The notes beneath the pieces are model-generated. The model ran no database searches. It saw only the letters and a list, made by a program, of their open reading frames with translations, and was not told the DNA's origin. From the human T2T-CHM13v2.0 reference genome, Homo sapiens, in NCBI RefSeq assembly GCF_009914755.1, contig NC_060944.1: a stretch of DNA of 64,000 nucleotides. The stretch is one strand, 5' to 3'. Position 1 is the first letter of the stretch, and each line of letters begins with the position of its first letter. Made by a program: the position numbers and the translations under genes. Positions 17,937 through 34,814 of the stretch are shown in pieces.

Positions 17937-19344
17937 TTTTTGTTTTTTTCAATCTATAGGTATTTTTTTATTAGAAAATAAATTAAGCGTTCTCACTAGA
18001 GACTGAAGAAGGAAATTAACAATCTTACAATTCTAGAACAGGCAAACTTCATGATAAGGGATTCTTAGTTTTCAAAGTGTGGGGTGCTCTTTCGCAGATA
18101 CACTCTTGGGGTGGGGGCTGTAAGTTTTCCTCAGATATTTTACATTTTGTGCTTTAATTCTTGTTGGTACTCTAAATCAAATAAATACACAGTGTTCAGG
18201 ATTATCTGGATGGCCATCTTAAATAACAGCGTGTCCCACATAATCACAGCCTCTGCAATTATGCCTCTGATCCATGTGATACCAAGACCAACTAAGCTTA
18301 ACTTTTCATATTTCTCCAATTGGGTCCTGAGACTCTTCACAGAATTGTTGAACATTTCCTATGAGATCTGTGAGAGGACAAGGTGGAGAACACTGGTTCA
18401 GAGCAGTGATTCTCAAGGCAGGATGGGATGGGGTGGGGTTGAGTGGAGAGATGCATGTAGTTTGAAAGAGCACATTCAAAATACCCACTAATTTAATAAC
18501 ACCAACTCCATAAAGTCAAGCAGCGAAATTATTTCAGCTAATGGGCAGTAGCAGAAAACCAACTGGATTCATCATTGTGGAGAAGGAGTCTGGATAAACA
18601 TAGTTGAAAAACACCGGCTTAGAGGTAGGGGCATGCCAACACATGGGGAACAGTAAGAAATGCGTGCCAAAGAGAAAGAACAATTGAGGGTCAGTGAGCG
18701 AATCCTAGGCCAGAACTTGTCACAGTCTTTTGAAAACCAAAGAGCGCATCCAGAAGAAAACCAAGATGGTCCGTCAACCTTCTTGGCCCTGTGGTTAAGA
18801 ACAAGTTGATCAACTTTCAAATACTGAGCCAAAAGAAGAAAAAAAGCTGTTTGTGCCCCCAAATTCATCCACCAAGAAGTGATGTCATCATTTGCAATGC
18901 CATCCAGCTCTTGAGGAGAGACATCAGCATGGGGCCTGCTCTGTGGTTACTGCAGGGCTCCAATCTGCTTTAGCCATGTCAGCAGTTCCCTGCTCTGTTA
19001 CATAGTGACTAGATCACTGCATCCGCCTATACAATCTTTACCAATAAAGACTCGAGGCACCGTTCTTGCTCCTGTGAGCTGTTTCAAATAATCTTGAATC
19101 TCGTTGGTGTGGTTAGTAAGCTGTGATATTGACAGCTACTACTACTACTTCCAGAAGCCCCTGTTTGATGGGCAATTGACTGAGGATCTCTTGGGTCTTC
19201 CAGCAGTATCGGCAGGTGGGGTTGATGAACACAACCAGCTTCCCAGGCTGGATTTTGCAGTTCACAAACTATTGAGCCATGCCAATGGGCTGTGGTCTCC
19301 CTGGGAGGAATCCTCAGTTGCAGGCATTGCTTGGGGTATTGAGC
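17937..19344 (-). pseudogene. GLRXP1: Processed pseudogene (retrocopy) of glutaredoxin-1 GLRX, including 5'UTR, disabled CDS (18947-19280), long 3'UTR and poly(A) remnant
   Basis: Minus strand from 19280 reads MAQ*FVNCKIQPGKLVVFINPTCRYCWKTQEILSQLPIKQGLLE...(frameshift)...[54 protein letters not shown], matching human GLRX1. Intronless; AATAAA at 17967-17972 (minus); T-tract 17937-17949. The parent gene is certain; the symbol GLRXP1 is from recollection of the locus. Confidence 0.95.
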
Positions 19345-19610
19345 TTATTTATTTCCTTCTTTCCTTCCTTCCTTCCTTCCTTCCTTCCTTCCTTCCTTCC
19401 TTCCTTCCTTCTTTCCTTCCTTCCTCCCTCCCTCCCTCTCTCTCTTTCTCTCTTTCTCTCTTTCTCTCTTTCTTTCTCTTTCTTTCTTTCTTTCTTTTTT
19501 TATTTCTTTCTTTCTTCCTTTCTTTGTTTCTTTCTTCCTTCCTTCCTTCCTTCCTTCCTTCCTTCCTTCCTTCCTTCCTTCCTTCCTTCCTTCCTTTCTT
19601 TCTTCTTTCA
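19345..19610. repeat. Compound (CCTT)n/(CT)n/(CTTT)n microsatellite
   Basis: About (CCTT)12 at 19363-19410 and (CCTT)15 at 19537-19596. Confidence 0.97.
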
Positions 19611-19880
19611 TCTCACTCTGTTACCCAGGCTGGAGTGCGGTGATGCAATCACAGCTCACTGCAGCCTTGAACTTCTGGGCTCCAGCAATCCACCCACCTC
19701 AGCCTCCTGAGTAGCTAGGACTACAGGCATCAGCCACCATGCCTGGCCAATTTTTATATTTTTTATAGAGACAGGGTCTTGCCATGTTGCCCAGGCTGGT
19801 CTTGAACTCCTGGGCTCAGGCAATCCTGTCTTGGCCTCCTAAAATGTTGGGATTACAGGCATGAGCCATCGCGCCTGGCC
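19345..19880 (-). mobile_element. AluJ with tail expanded into (GGAA)n/(GAAA)n microsatellite
   Basis: Alu body ~19611-19880; ~265-nt pyrimidine tract on + strand replaces the poly(A) tail. Confidence 0.93.
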
Positions 19881-20967
19881 CCTCCCAGGTCATTTTCCAC
19901 ATATTGAACCGGAGGGTCTTTCAAAACCATTCCAATGAAGCACCCTCCCTGCTAACCCCTGTCCCAAATCAAGACCCGTCAGCAGCTCTCTGGTGCTCAA
20001 AATTATAAACTTGCTATTCCAGACCTTTCCTAACCTGGCCCCTATGGAACTCCCCAGCCTCTGCGTGATCTCTCCTTGCCTTGCAGGTTATCATCTAGCT
20101 GCCCTGAATCACCTGCAGCCCCCTGAACATGCCATGCTCTATTTACTCAACTGATATTTATTAAGCATCCACTGTGTGCCTGACAGTGTTCTAGGCATTG
20201 GGGAATTGGCAGACGACAATTCAGGCCAAGTCTCTTCTTTCAAGAATCTCTCCTCCAGGCCTTTGTACATGCTGTTCCCTTTGTTCGGAATGTTCCTTCT
20301 GCCCCGTTTCCTATCCCTTTTTCTCCTTTCACCTTGGTATCTGCCATCTTCAGAGCTGAACTGAGGCAGCACCTGCTTAGGGAGTCTCCCTTGACCCCAA
20401 CCCCAGACTGTTTGGATATTTCCTTTACGCTCCTACAACCCCCCGGCTCCCTGAGCTTCCTCTAACCCAAACATGGATCTCTGAATTGTCACTGTTGGTT
20501 TATACTCCTAGAGTATAGAGTTTAGAGCTCCTGGAGAGTGGGACCTTGTCTGATTTGGTGGGACCATGTCTGTGTCCCTAGACTTAACAGCGTCTGGCAC
20601 GTGAATTTGTTGAATGAATGAACGAATGAATGAATAACCATGGACTACAAAAGCAGGAAACACTTTTTGGAGGGAAATGACCATGCAGGTCTTGAAAGGG
20701 GCACCCAAGATCATTCCAAACAGATATCAGAGGACTCAGGGTCCTTGTTTCCTTTGGCTCCCATTATCCTCACCCTCAGCATCCGGTGCTTCGCGATCTA
20801 CTCCTACTGGCCTCTCCAGCCCTATTTATGCTTTCTCAACCCAGATCCAGCCCTTTGAGCCAAGTAGGATTTCAGATTTGGGCTCAGCCAGATCCTGGCT
20901 GTGTAAACTTGGAAAATAACTCCACCTCTCTGTGACTCAGTTTTCTTACCTTTAAAATCATTTAGAT

Positions 20968-21295
20968 CGGGGTCCCCAACCTTGGGGCCACGGACTGGTA
21001 CAGGTCCGTGTCCTGTTAGGAACTGGGCCGCATGGCAGGAGGTGAGTATCACCACCTGAGCTCCACTTCCTGTCACATCAGCAGCAGCATTTCATTCTCA
21101 TAGGAGCACGAACCACATCGGGAACTGTGCACGTGAAGGATCTAGGTTCTGTGCTCTTTATGAGAATCCAGTGCCTGATGATCTGAGGTGAAACAGTTTC
21201 ATCTCAAAACCATTCCCCCACCCGACCACCATTCTGTGGGAAAATTGTCTTCTGTGAAACTGGTCCTTGGTACCAAAAAAAATTGGGGACTGCTG
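20968..21295 (+). mobile_element. MER1B (hAT-Charlie) DNA transposon inserted in a MIR
   Basis: TIR-like ends cggggtccccaa / ttggggactgctg; 8-bp TSD atttagat/gtttagat. Confidence 0.88.
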
Positions 21296-21896
21296 GTTTA
21301 GATGATCTCTGCTTCCCAGGGCTTTTGTGAAATCTCCAGGCAATAACCCATGTAAAGCACGAGCCTCAGGGCTGGGGCTGTAGTCAGCACTCAATGAGTG
21401 GGTGCTCTTATTGTTATTGCTTATGCTGAGAGCTGTAGGGAGCCAAGGCAGCTTTCAGCAGAGATGGGAGTCATGGGGTTGGATTTGCTCCTCAGATCTC
21501 CAGAGGGGGCTCTGGGGAGGACAACCTAGACAGGGCAAGAGAGAAATGGGCTGGTGCAGGCTGGTAATTTACACAGCTCTCAAAATCAGATCATTAATGC
21601 TTTTGGCCAACGGCTATTGTAAAAAATTTAGAGTAAAATAAAAAATACAATATAATCTTCAGAGTAAATTATAAAACACAAAGCAGAAACAAATTAGACA
21701 GGCAATACAATCTCATTGAAGCAAACCAGTTTTCCCAGGGACAACTCTGGGCTGGGTCAGAAACCACTGCTGCTGGGCCCCCATAGCACTGAACAGGTGA
21801 CAGGAAGAGTCACAAACATATGTGTGGCTTCTAGGGACTTGAGTTTCCAGATTCACTCTCTCTTTTGTTTAAAAATCGATTAAAAAATTATTGCAA

Positions 21897-22154
<258 letters not shown>

Positions 22155-22374
22155 TCAATTATTGCTAAAGACATAAGATGAAAAAGTCTCCCTCCCACCC
22201 CAGGCTGTCAGTCTCCCTTTCACCAATAATAATGTATTGTTTATTTCACCTGAAAATTCCCATTCCTTTGCAAGTCCAGATATACACAAATAATTCCTTT
22301 GTTTCCAATACAGTTAATATTTTACACCCTGCTTTTTTTACTTCATGATGTGTCTAGGAGATCTTTCATGTTAG

Positions 22375-22704
<330 letters not shown>

Positions 22705-22952
22705 TAATAATCCAGTATATGAACAGACCATAATTTACTTAACCAGACCCTACTAATGGATATTCAGGCTGTTTCTTCAGTGAGTTTGTAAGAGAAATTT
22801 CTAGAAGTGAGGTTGATGGTTAAAGGATATAGGCATTCTTGATGTTGGTAAATGTTTCCAAATTACCCGCTTTTAAGGGGACACTATTGATGCTCTCTCT
22901 AGAGCCCATTGGATCTTTTACATTTGGGGTGCTTCCCCCGACCTCTGTGTGC

Positions 22953-23247
<295 letters not shown>

Positions 23248-23299
23248 ATGCATTGTTGTAAGAGAAGAGTTCATGCCTGTGACCTTCGTTGAAGGCCTG

Positions 23300-25160
<1,861 letters not shown>

Positions 25161-25844
25161 ACTCCTATAGGCTTGTGCTAATATACATTGTTGGCATTTG
25201 GAGGGGGATGAGCTGTTTTCCCCATGGCTTCACCTACACCATGCACATCAAACTTTTACACGCAAATATAGCCTTGAACTGGACAAGCCAAGATAACTTT
25301 AATCCCAAAGACAGTTCCACAGGGAGGTCTGGGTTTTGGGGCTGCAGTCACTGACCCACTGCCACTGACCCACCTGTAGCACCTCCTGTACATTCCCACC
25401 TCTCTGACTTTGCTTAGGCTGGACCTCACCCTCACTTCACCTGCCTATCTTGTCATCCTTCCCATAAGGCCAAGATCCTAAATACCCGTCCTCCAGAGCA
25501 TCTCCTGACCTCTCCATCTGGAAGTGATGCTTCCCTCCCCTTGAGCTCCCTTCACCCTCTGTGCCTCCTTCTGATGGCTTTCTGATGGGTTTTACCCAAC
25601 TTATCATTATTTCTGCTCAAGTATTATCTCCCTGCCTGCACAAAGAGCTCTTTTCAGGCTGAGATCCACCTCCCTGGAAAGTGGTTGGTACAGAGAAGTC
25701 ATGGAGACACTGTGTGAATGAACACCCAGACTCAGGGATGTCCTGGTGGGCCAGATGGCAGCCATCCTGAACCCCCTAGTCTCTGTCTGCCCCACACCCA
25801 GCAGCCCTCCTCACTCGTCCTCCTCCCTAGCATCCCTCAACCAC

Positions 25845-26213
25845 TGTATTAGTCTGTTTTCACACTGCTATAAAGAACTACCTGAGACTGGGTAATTTAT
25901 GAGAAAAAGAGGTTTAATTGACTCACCATTCTGCAGGCTTCACAGGAGACATGACTGGGAGGCCTCAGGAAACATACAGTCACGGCGGAAGGTGAAGGGG
26001 AAGCAAGGACCTTCTTCACATGGTGGCTGGAGAGAGAAAGAGCGAAGAGGGCAGTGCTACACATTTTTAAATCATCACATCTTGTGAGAACTCACTCACT
26101 ATCACGAGAACAGCAAAGGGGAAATCTGCCCCCATGATATGGTCACCTCCCACCAGGCCCCTCTCCCAATTCAAAATGTGATTTGGGCAGGGACACAAAT
26201 CCAAACCATGTCA
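25845..26213 (-). mobile_element. MaLR solo LTR (MSTA-like)
   Basis: tgtattagtc...aaaccatgtca, TSD accac/accat. Confidence 0.88.
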
Positions 26214-26999
26214 ACCATGCTCTGGTTGAGACCTCATTACCTGTGCTGACAATCAAGGCCCCCCCGTGACACTGCTGCTCCCACCCCCGCCCACTCTTGC
26301 TGCCCCTGCTACCCGCACTGTCTATTCCAGCCATGCAGAGCTACTCATAGTTATCTAGAAACCAAACTAGCTGCCATTTTCGGAGCCATGTCTCAGGCCC
26401 TGTGCTAAGCATTTTACATCCTCATGATTGCTGTGTGTGGGGTACCATTTTCAGCCCCATTTTATAGGCAAGAAAACCAAGGCACAGAGAAGCTAAGTGT
26501 ACACAGCCGGCAAGAAGCTGAGGCAGCTGCTTTTGGTGCTCTGCTGCCTCTTTCATCTTTCCTGGGGGTCACCAGTAGACGGCTCTTGGACATGCCTCAC
26601 CCGAGGGCATTCTTTGGCCTCCTGAAGGTCGCTCAGCCAGCAGGGGCAGGCCAGAAGTCACGGAGTTCAAACCTCAGGAGCAGCCCTCAATCAATGGGGA
26701 GGAGTCCCGCTTCCTCGTCCCTCGCAGGGACAATGTTGCACGTCCTTTCTCTGAGTCCTCAGCCGGATAAGCTCCAGTTACCTGCTCACGAACACACCCG
26801 TATTGACCTCTTTCTCTTCCCAGTCTCACCTCCCCACTCTTTCAACGTGCTGGGACCACCTCCCAGATAAACCATGTGCACCCAAATCCTTGTCACAGGA
26901 TCTGTTTTGAGGAAAACCAACAGGAAGCAACAGCAGAGTGGAATTTGCACCCAGTCTGCCTGCCTGGGGCCACTCTGCTGCCCAGACATCCAGACATGA

Positions 27000-27633
<634 letters not shown>

Positions 27634-28985
27634 TGAATCCACTGTGGCCCCAACCACAGATCTCTCCTCCTCTTTCTGCCCCCTCACCTCTTCCCACCCC
27701 GCCGCCCACGCATTTTACATCATTTCTGAGAGGTACACCGCTGTTTCCATCTCTTTGCTGGCCTGTTTGGCCACCCTAAGGGTGTCTCGCCCTCTCGTTC
27801 TCTGATACATGGTTTCTCTGTCTCTCTTTCTCTCTGCAGACTTCTATCTCACTCCATCGCACTCATTTATTTTCCTATCTGCCTCCCCAACTGGATTGTG
27901 AGTCCTTTGAGGCCCTAATGTATCTTGTTTATCGCTATATCCACATTGTGCCCTTCGTGCATTATCTACTACAGACTGCATGCTAATAAATGTTTGTTGA
28001 ATGGATGAATTAATTAATTACTTAATACACGTATCCCTGGATCCCTCAATGGAAGGACATAGAAACTGATATAAATTCTTAGGATTGTAAGTGACAGAAA
28101 CCCAACTCAAGCTAGCTTAAGCAAAAGAAGAAATGTATTGACTTAATTATTAGGAAGTCCAAGTAGACTTCAGGCATGGCTGGATCCAGAAACCAAACAA
28201 AGTCAACAGTTGACTCTCACTCATCCTCCTTCTCTCTGTGTATATCTCTTTGCCTCTCTGTATCTTTTTTCATGTTGGCTCTGGTTCTCTTTCAGTTTTG
28301 ACCACATTCTCCTGTATCATAGTCAAGTGCAAATGCAAGACTTAGTCCTCTCTCTCTGGGCCTCAATTTCCCTCATCTGTAAAGCAAAGAGTCAATTCAA
28401 CCTCTTGCTCTCTAAGCCTCCTTTATAGCAATGTAGTCTTAAAGGGGATCCAAGATAATTTTCTCATTTTCTAGTTAGGAAAAACTGAGGCCCAGAGAAG
28501 CAAGTGATTTGTTCAAGGTTACCCAACAAGTTAGGGGCGGGGCTGACACCATAACCCAAGTCTCAAACCTTCATGGAAAAGAAGGACAATATTATTTTTG
28601 ACACAGAGAACCCCAGAGAGAAGGGCCTTGATACTGAGTCAGAGTCACCCACCTCCTCTCTGCTTCCATTCTATCCTATCCAAATGCTGAGAATCCTGGA
28701 CCACCGAAGGTTTTGTATCAAGTGCGTTTACCTCCCATAACCCCAGACCTGGATTTGAAAATCAGCTCCACCACTTGGCAGCTGTGGCCCTGGCAAGTCA
28801 TTTCTCATCTGAGCCTCTGCTTTTTTCATCTGGAGAATGGGACAATGAGCCCTACCTTCTGGGTTGTTGTGAGGACTCCAGGAGGAGATGAGAGTAACTC
28901 TCTTAGCAAGGCCTTGCATGAGGTGGTAGGCCATAACTCATCCCAGTTAGGCTGGGATCATCCCAGTTTTAAAACTTAAACTCTT

Positions 28986-29305
28986 GGCTGGTTGTGGTAG
29001 CTCGTGCGTGTAACCCCAGCACTTTGGAAGGCTGAGGCAGGAGGATCACCTGTGTCCGGGAGTTCAAGACCAGCCTGGGCAACATAGTGACACCTCATCT
29101 CTGCAAATTATTAAAATATTAGCTGGATATGATGGTGCATGCCTGTAGTCCCAGCCACTCAGGAGGCTGAGGTGGGAGGATCACTTGAGCCTGGGAGGTC
29201 AAGGGTGCAGTGAGCCAAGATCTCACTACAGCACTCCAGCCTGGGTGACAGAATGAGACCCCATCTCAGCAAACAAACAAACAAACAAACAAACAGAAAA
29301 ACAAA
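28986..29305 (+). mobile_element. AluJ with (AAAC)n tail
   Basis: Dimer, TSD aaacttaaa..tctt. Confidence 0.92.
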
Positions 29306-29363
29306 CTTAAAGTCTTACATCCCAGGAAGCTGTTTGTCCTAGGCAAATCTGATGGTTGGTTAC

Positions 29364-29790
29364 GGATGTCGTTTGGATGTGTGTCCCTTCCCAAATCTCA
29401 TAGTGAACTGTAATCCCCAATGTTGGAGGTGGGGCCTGGTGGGAGGTGACTGGATCATGGGGGCATATTTCTCATGAATGGTTGAGCGCCATCCCCCTTG
29501 GTACTGTCCTTGTGATAGTGAGTGAGTTCTCTTGAGATCTGGTTGTTTAGAAGTGTGTAGTACCTCTCCCCTCACTCTTTTGCTTCTCCTCCCACCATGT
29601 AAAGATGCCTGCTTCCACTTTGCCTTCTGCCATGATTGTAAGTTTCCTGAGGTCTCCCAGAAGCCGAGCAGATGCCAGCATCATGTTTCCTGTACAGCTT
29701 TCAGAACTGTGAGCCAATTAAACTTCCTTTCTTTATAAATTACCCAGTCTCAGGTATTTCTTTATAGCAATGTGAAAACGGACTAATACA
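29364..29790 (+). mobile_element. MaLR solo LTR (MSTA/MSTB)
   Basis: gtttggatgtgtgtccc...ataaattacccagtctcagg...ggactaataca. Confidence 0.88.
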
Positions 29791-30654
29791 GCTATCCTCT
29801 CAGTCAGGCACCTATACTGGGCAGCAGGGAGGAAGCAGTATTCTCAGAAGATCCCATAAATCAGGCCTGAACAAAGCCAGATCTCTCAGAAAGATGGAGG
29901 AATCTTGCCCAAGACAATGCTGAGAAGAAACTTTCCGGGCCTTTGGGCCCTTTGAAGTTTGGAGCAATTTGTACAACAAGAAGCCTGAGAGGCTGTTTCT
30001 GCCTCCTCCTCCACCTGTCTGTCCCTCCAGCTTCTTGGACATTCAGGGGCTCTCAGAAACTCTGACTCCAAGAACACGTAGCTGGAGAAAACCCTGATTC
30101 TCACCCAATCTCACTGGGCACTCTCCCACTGTACAGATGGCAAAACCAAGGCCCAGAGAGGGAAGCCCCTTGCCCAAAGTTTCATGGCAGACTGTCTCCA
30201 GCATGGCTGACCTTGCAGATATGCTCCTGGATGCTTTCAGTGAAAATTCAGTTTACACCCATGCTGGGAGTAGGGGTTGGGGGAGACAAGTGAGTGATGT
30301 CTGTGTCGCAAGGGGAATGAGCACAGGCTCAAAGCCCAGCTCCCCAAGCCACAAACTTGCTGAGTGACTCCCCTGGGCCTCAGTGACCCATCAGTGAAAT
30401 GAAGGCGATAATCTTGCCTGGGGTGCCCCAGGCGCTGTGGCTAAGTGACAAAGAGCAGTGGGTAGCGTTAGTCCTTGTATGGCTAGCAGAGCAGAAAGAG
30501 CCTTCACAGACTGATTTTAGTGTGTCTGGAATCTTGGGCATTCCCAGATCACCCCTTAGCTACCACTTGTACTATTAGTTACTTAATATATTTCTTTAAA
30601 ATAACTTAAAGTATTTTAAAGGAATATGAAACATTACTTGTTATGATGTACTAG

Positions 30655-31005
<351 letters not shown>

Positions 31006-31762
31006 TAAAGTAAATTCAAAGTATTCAAACAAAAAAGTTGGATCCCGGAATGCCTCCAAACCTAGGGCATATCCCCAGCAGCATGCATGTTGTACTTAGT
31101 TAAACATTGATTTCATCCTATCCCTGCTCCCTGCATCCCATTGTAAAATCAGATCCAGAGAGGAACAAGGACAGAACTGAAGTCACAGAGAGAGTTAGCC
31201 ACAGGGTGGGTGCTAGAGTCTAGACCCCTCCACTGTTCCCACCATTCCAAGGTAGGAGCCCTTGCTGAAAGAAGGAGCCAGGGCTTTTCCTGCTTCCAGA
31301 TATTTTCACGTCCTGTGTCCCCACCTGGAAAGCCCTTTCCCCTCAATTGTCCCAGGCCAACTCCCAGATGAACTCCCATTCATCCTTCAAAACTCTGGGG
31401 AGCTTCCCTGGCAAGCAGAGCAAGTCTGTCTCCCTCATGTGACACCCCATCCCAGATTATAATGACCTGTTTGGGAATCTTTCTCCACACTGAGACAGGG
31501 AGGCCCAGGTCTGATTATCTCTACCCTGAATGTGCTCCCTGGGGCTGGACACCCAGGAGGCTCTGGGCAGCACTGATTAATTAGGGAAATCTGAAAACAG
31601 AGGAGCCCAGAGCCCTGGATCAGTCCTGTCTGGGTCCCAAGAGGGACAGGGCCACCAGGCTGGCAGCTTGTCCCAAGTGATGAACTAGTTCAGCCAGGGC
31701 CCCCATCACTCCACTAGATACATTTCAGCTGCTGAGAAAAAAGTTCAGGGGCTCACCTGGGT

Positions 31763-31779
31763 CTGTTGCTTAGCAACAG
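31763..31779. promoter_or_regulatory. RFX X-box palindrome
   Basis: CTGTTGCT-T-AGCAACAG, 8-bp perfect inverted arms in unique sequence. Confidence 0.5.
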
Positions 31780-32825
31780 GAGGCTGTAAATGACATCGCT
31801 CCTGACACTTTAACTAACCCCTCCATGGCAGGTGGAGGATAATGAAGGCAAAGGCAGACAGTGAGACGGAATTGAAAGCCAGACTCAGGAGTGAACAAAG
31901 GCAGGTTCTGGGAAATATGGAAGCCTGCAGCAGGCAGTTGTGGGCCTGGGTATATGGGAGGGGTCTTTGAGACAGTTGGTGGCTGCTCTGTTCCTGGGAG
32001 TTCTGTTCAGGTGTCCTGGGCTTATGTGTGCCAGCCTTTAAAGGGGATTTGCTAGGCTTGGTCCCTAGTAACAGGTTAGTAATTCCCTGAGCACTATGCC
32101 TGTAATTCCAGCAGTTGCCGCTAGGAGGACAGCATCAACTTCAAAGGTAGACGACTCAGGGTAGACATAACTATACACCTATCAAATCTATGAGTTGGCA
32201 GGGAACCTAGTTTAGAAGGGAGCATTTAATAAGCACCGCCTTACTTTTATTAACTCACAAGATCCTCATAATACCTCTCCATGATTACAGAGGTATTTCC
32301 ACGTTAAAGATGAAGAAACTGAAAGCTATTCATTCAACAAGTATTTGTTGAGCTCCTCTTGTAAGGCAGTTACTGCTGTAGGGTCTGCATAGACAGCAGT
32401 GAGCAAGACAGATGGAAATCCCTGCCCTATGGCATTCTAATCAAGGGATAGATAATAAAGAAGAGGAATGAGTAAAATATATGGTATATTAGAAGATGAC
32501 AAGGGCTGTGGAGAAAAATAAAGCAGAAAAAGATATTGAAAGGGACCCAGGGGGAATGGGTACATGGAGTAGTCAGAAAAAGCCTTAGGGAGGGGCATTT
32601 GAGCAAAGGCCAGAAAGAAGTGAGGAGGAAGTCATATGACTATTCAGGGGATGTGCATACCAGGCAAAGGTCCTGCGGTAGGTGTAAGCTTGGTATATTT
32701 CAGGTTTGGAAGGAGGCCAGCATGGCTGCTGCTGGGTTAGAAAGGAGGAAAGCAGAAAGACATGAAGTAGGCCATTGTAAGAACTCTGGGTATTTCTCTG
32801 CATGAGATGGGAGCCACAGGAGTAT

Positions 32826-33318
<493 letters not shown>

Positions 33319-33772
33319 CATGGGAGGGTCTTGAGCAGAGGAGTGACATGGTCTGACTTGGATTTCAAGTGGATCTCTCTGGCCAGTGTGTGGTAGACAG
33401 TCTGAGGGGTGTTATGGTGGAAGCTAGAGGCCCCATGAAGAGGTCGTTACAAATGACCCAGGTAAGAGATGATGGAGATTTGGAGCAGGGTGGTGGTGAG
33501 AAGAAGTCAGGTTCTAGACACATTTTACAGGTAGAACAAGCAATGCTTCCTGTTGGATTAAACGTGGAGTGTGAAAGAAAGAGGGGTCAAAGCTGACTCT
33601 GAGGTTTTGGGCCTGAATGGCTGGAAGGATGAAGGAGTCATTTACTGAGATAAAGAAGGGTAAGGATGAGTGGATTAGTGGGGAAGAAAGGGGAAAATCA
33701 GGGGTTCAGGTTTGGGTATTTTAAGTTTGAAATGTTATGAGGCATTCCACAGGGAGATGTGAGATGGGATGC

Positions 33773-34050
33773 TGTACAGGTTAAATAGTGTCCCTCCAAA
33801 ATTTGTGTTTACCCAGAACCTGTGAAGGTTTTTGCAGATATAATAAAGTTAACATGAGGTCAGACTGGATTAGGGTGGGTCCTAATCCAATGACTGGTGT
33901 CCTTATAAGAAGAGGGAAATTTGAGCATAGAGAAATACACAGAGGGAAGATGCTGTGAAGACATTAACACCATGTGAAGATGGAGGCGAAGACTGGAGGG
34001 AAACATCAAGCCTAGGGATGCCATGGGTCGCTGGGATCTGCTAGGACAGA
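33773..34050 (+). mobile_element. MLT1B/C LTR, truncated
   Basis: tgtacaggttaaatagtgtccctccaaaa...ggattagggtgggtcctaatccaatgactggtgtccttataaga. Confidence 0.8.
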
Positions 34051-34129
34051 TCTAGAGGTCTGCAGGAGGGGCTCTGGGTGGGGCTATGATTTAGGACACA
34101 TCAGGGCACAGACGATATTAATATATTAT

Positions 34130-34448
<319 letters not shown>

Positions 34449-34814
34449 TGAAGTCATAGATTAGATAATATCACCAAAGCAGTGAAAGTAGATGAAGAGG
34501 AGAGGAGGACCAAGGACTGAGTCCTGGGGCCCCAGTCTGAACAGGTGGGAAGTTAAGGGGTAGCCAAGGAAGGGTACAGAGAAGAAGCTGCTGGTGAGGT
34601 GGGAGGAGCACCAGGCAAAGGCATGTGGAGAAAGTGTTTCCAGAAGAAGAACATGATCAATTGTATCTATTGCTGCTTTAGGGGCCAGTAAGATGAAAAC
34701 AGAGGAGTCACCATCGGGTGAGCAGCCTGGAGGTCATTGGGGATTTCGGCCAAGTCAGTTTTTGAGGGGTGGTAGGGGATTAAGCCTGACTGGAGTGGGC
34801 TCAAGAGAGAATGG

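Noticed and set aside
18947-19280. Functional glutaredoxin retrogene
   Set aside because: Stop at codon 4, frameshift and a second stop
19104-19643. 179-aa ORF (LPSF repeats) and its RKEG-repeat antisense ORF
   Set aside because: Open frames through the microsatellite and the antisense strand of the GLRX pseudogene
32112-32135. CTCF-like gcagttgccgctaggaggacagc
   Set aside because: Core deviates from consensus at the GGC end; cannot be supported without a PWM scan or ChIP data
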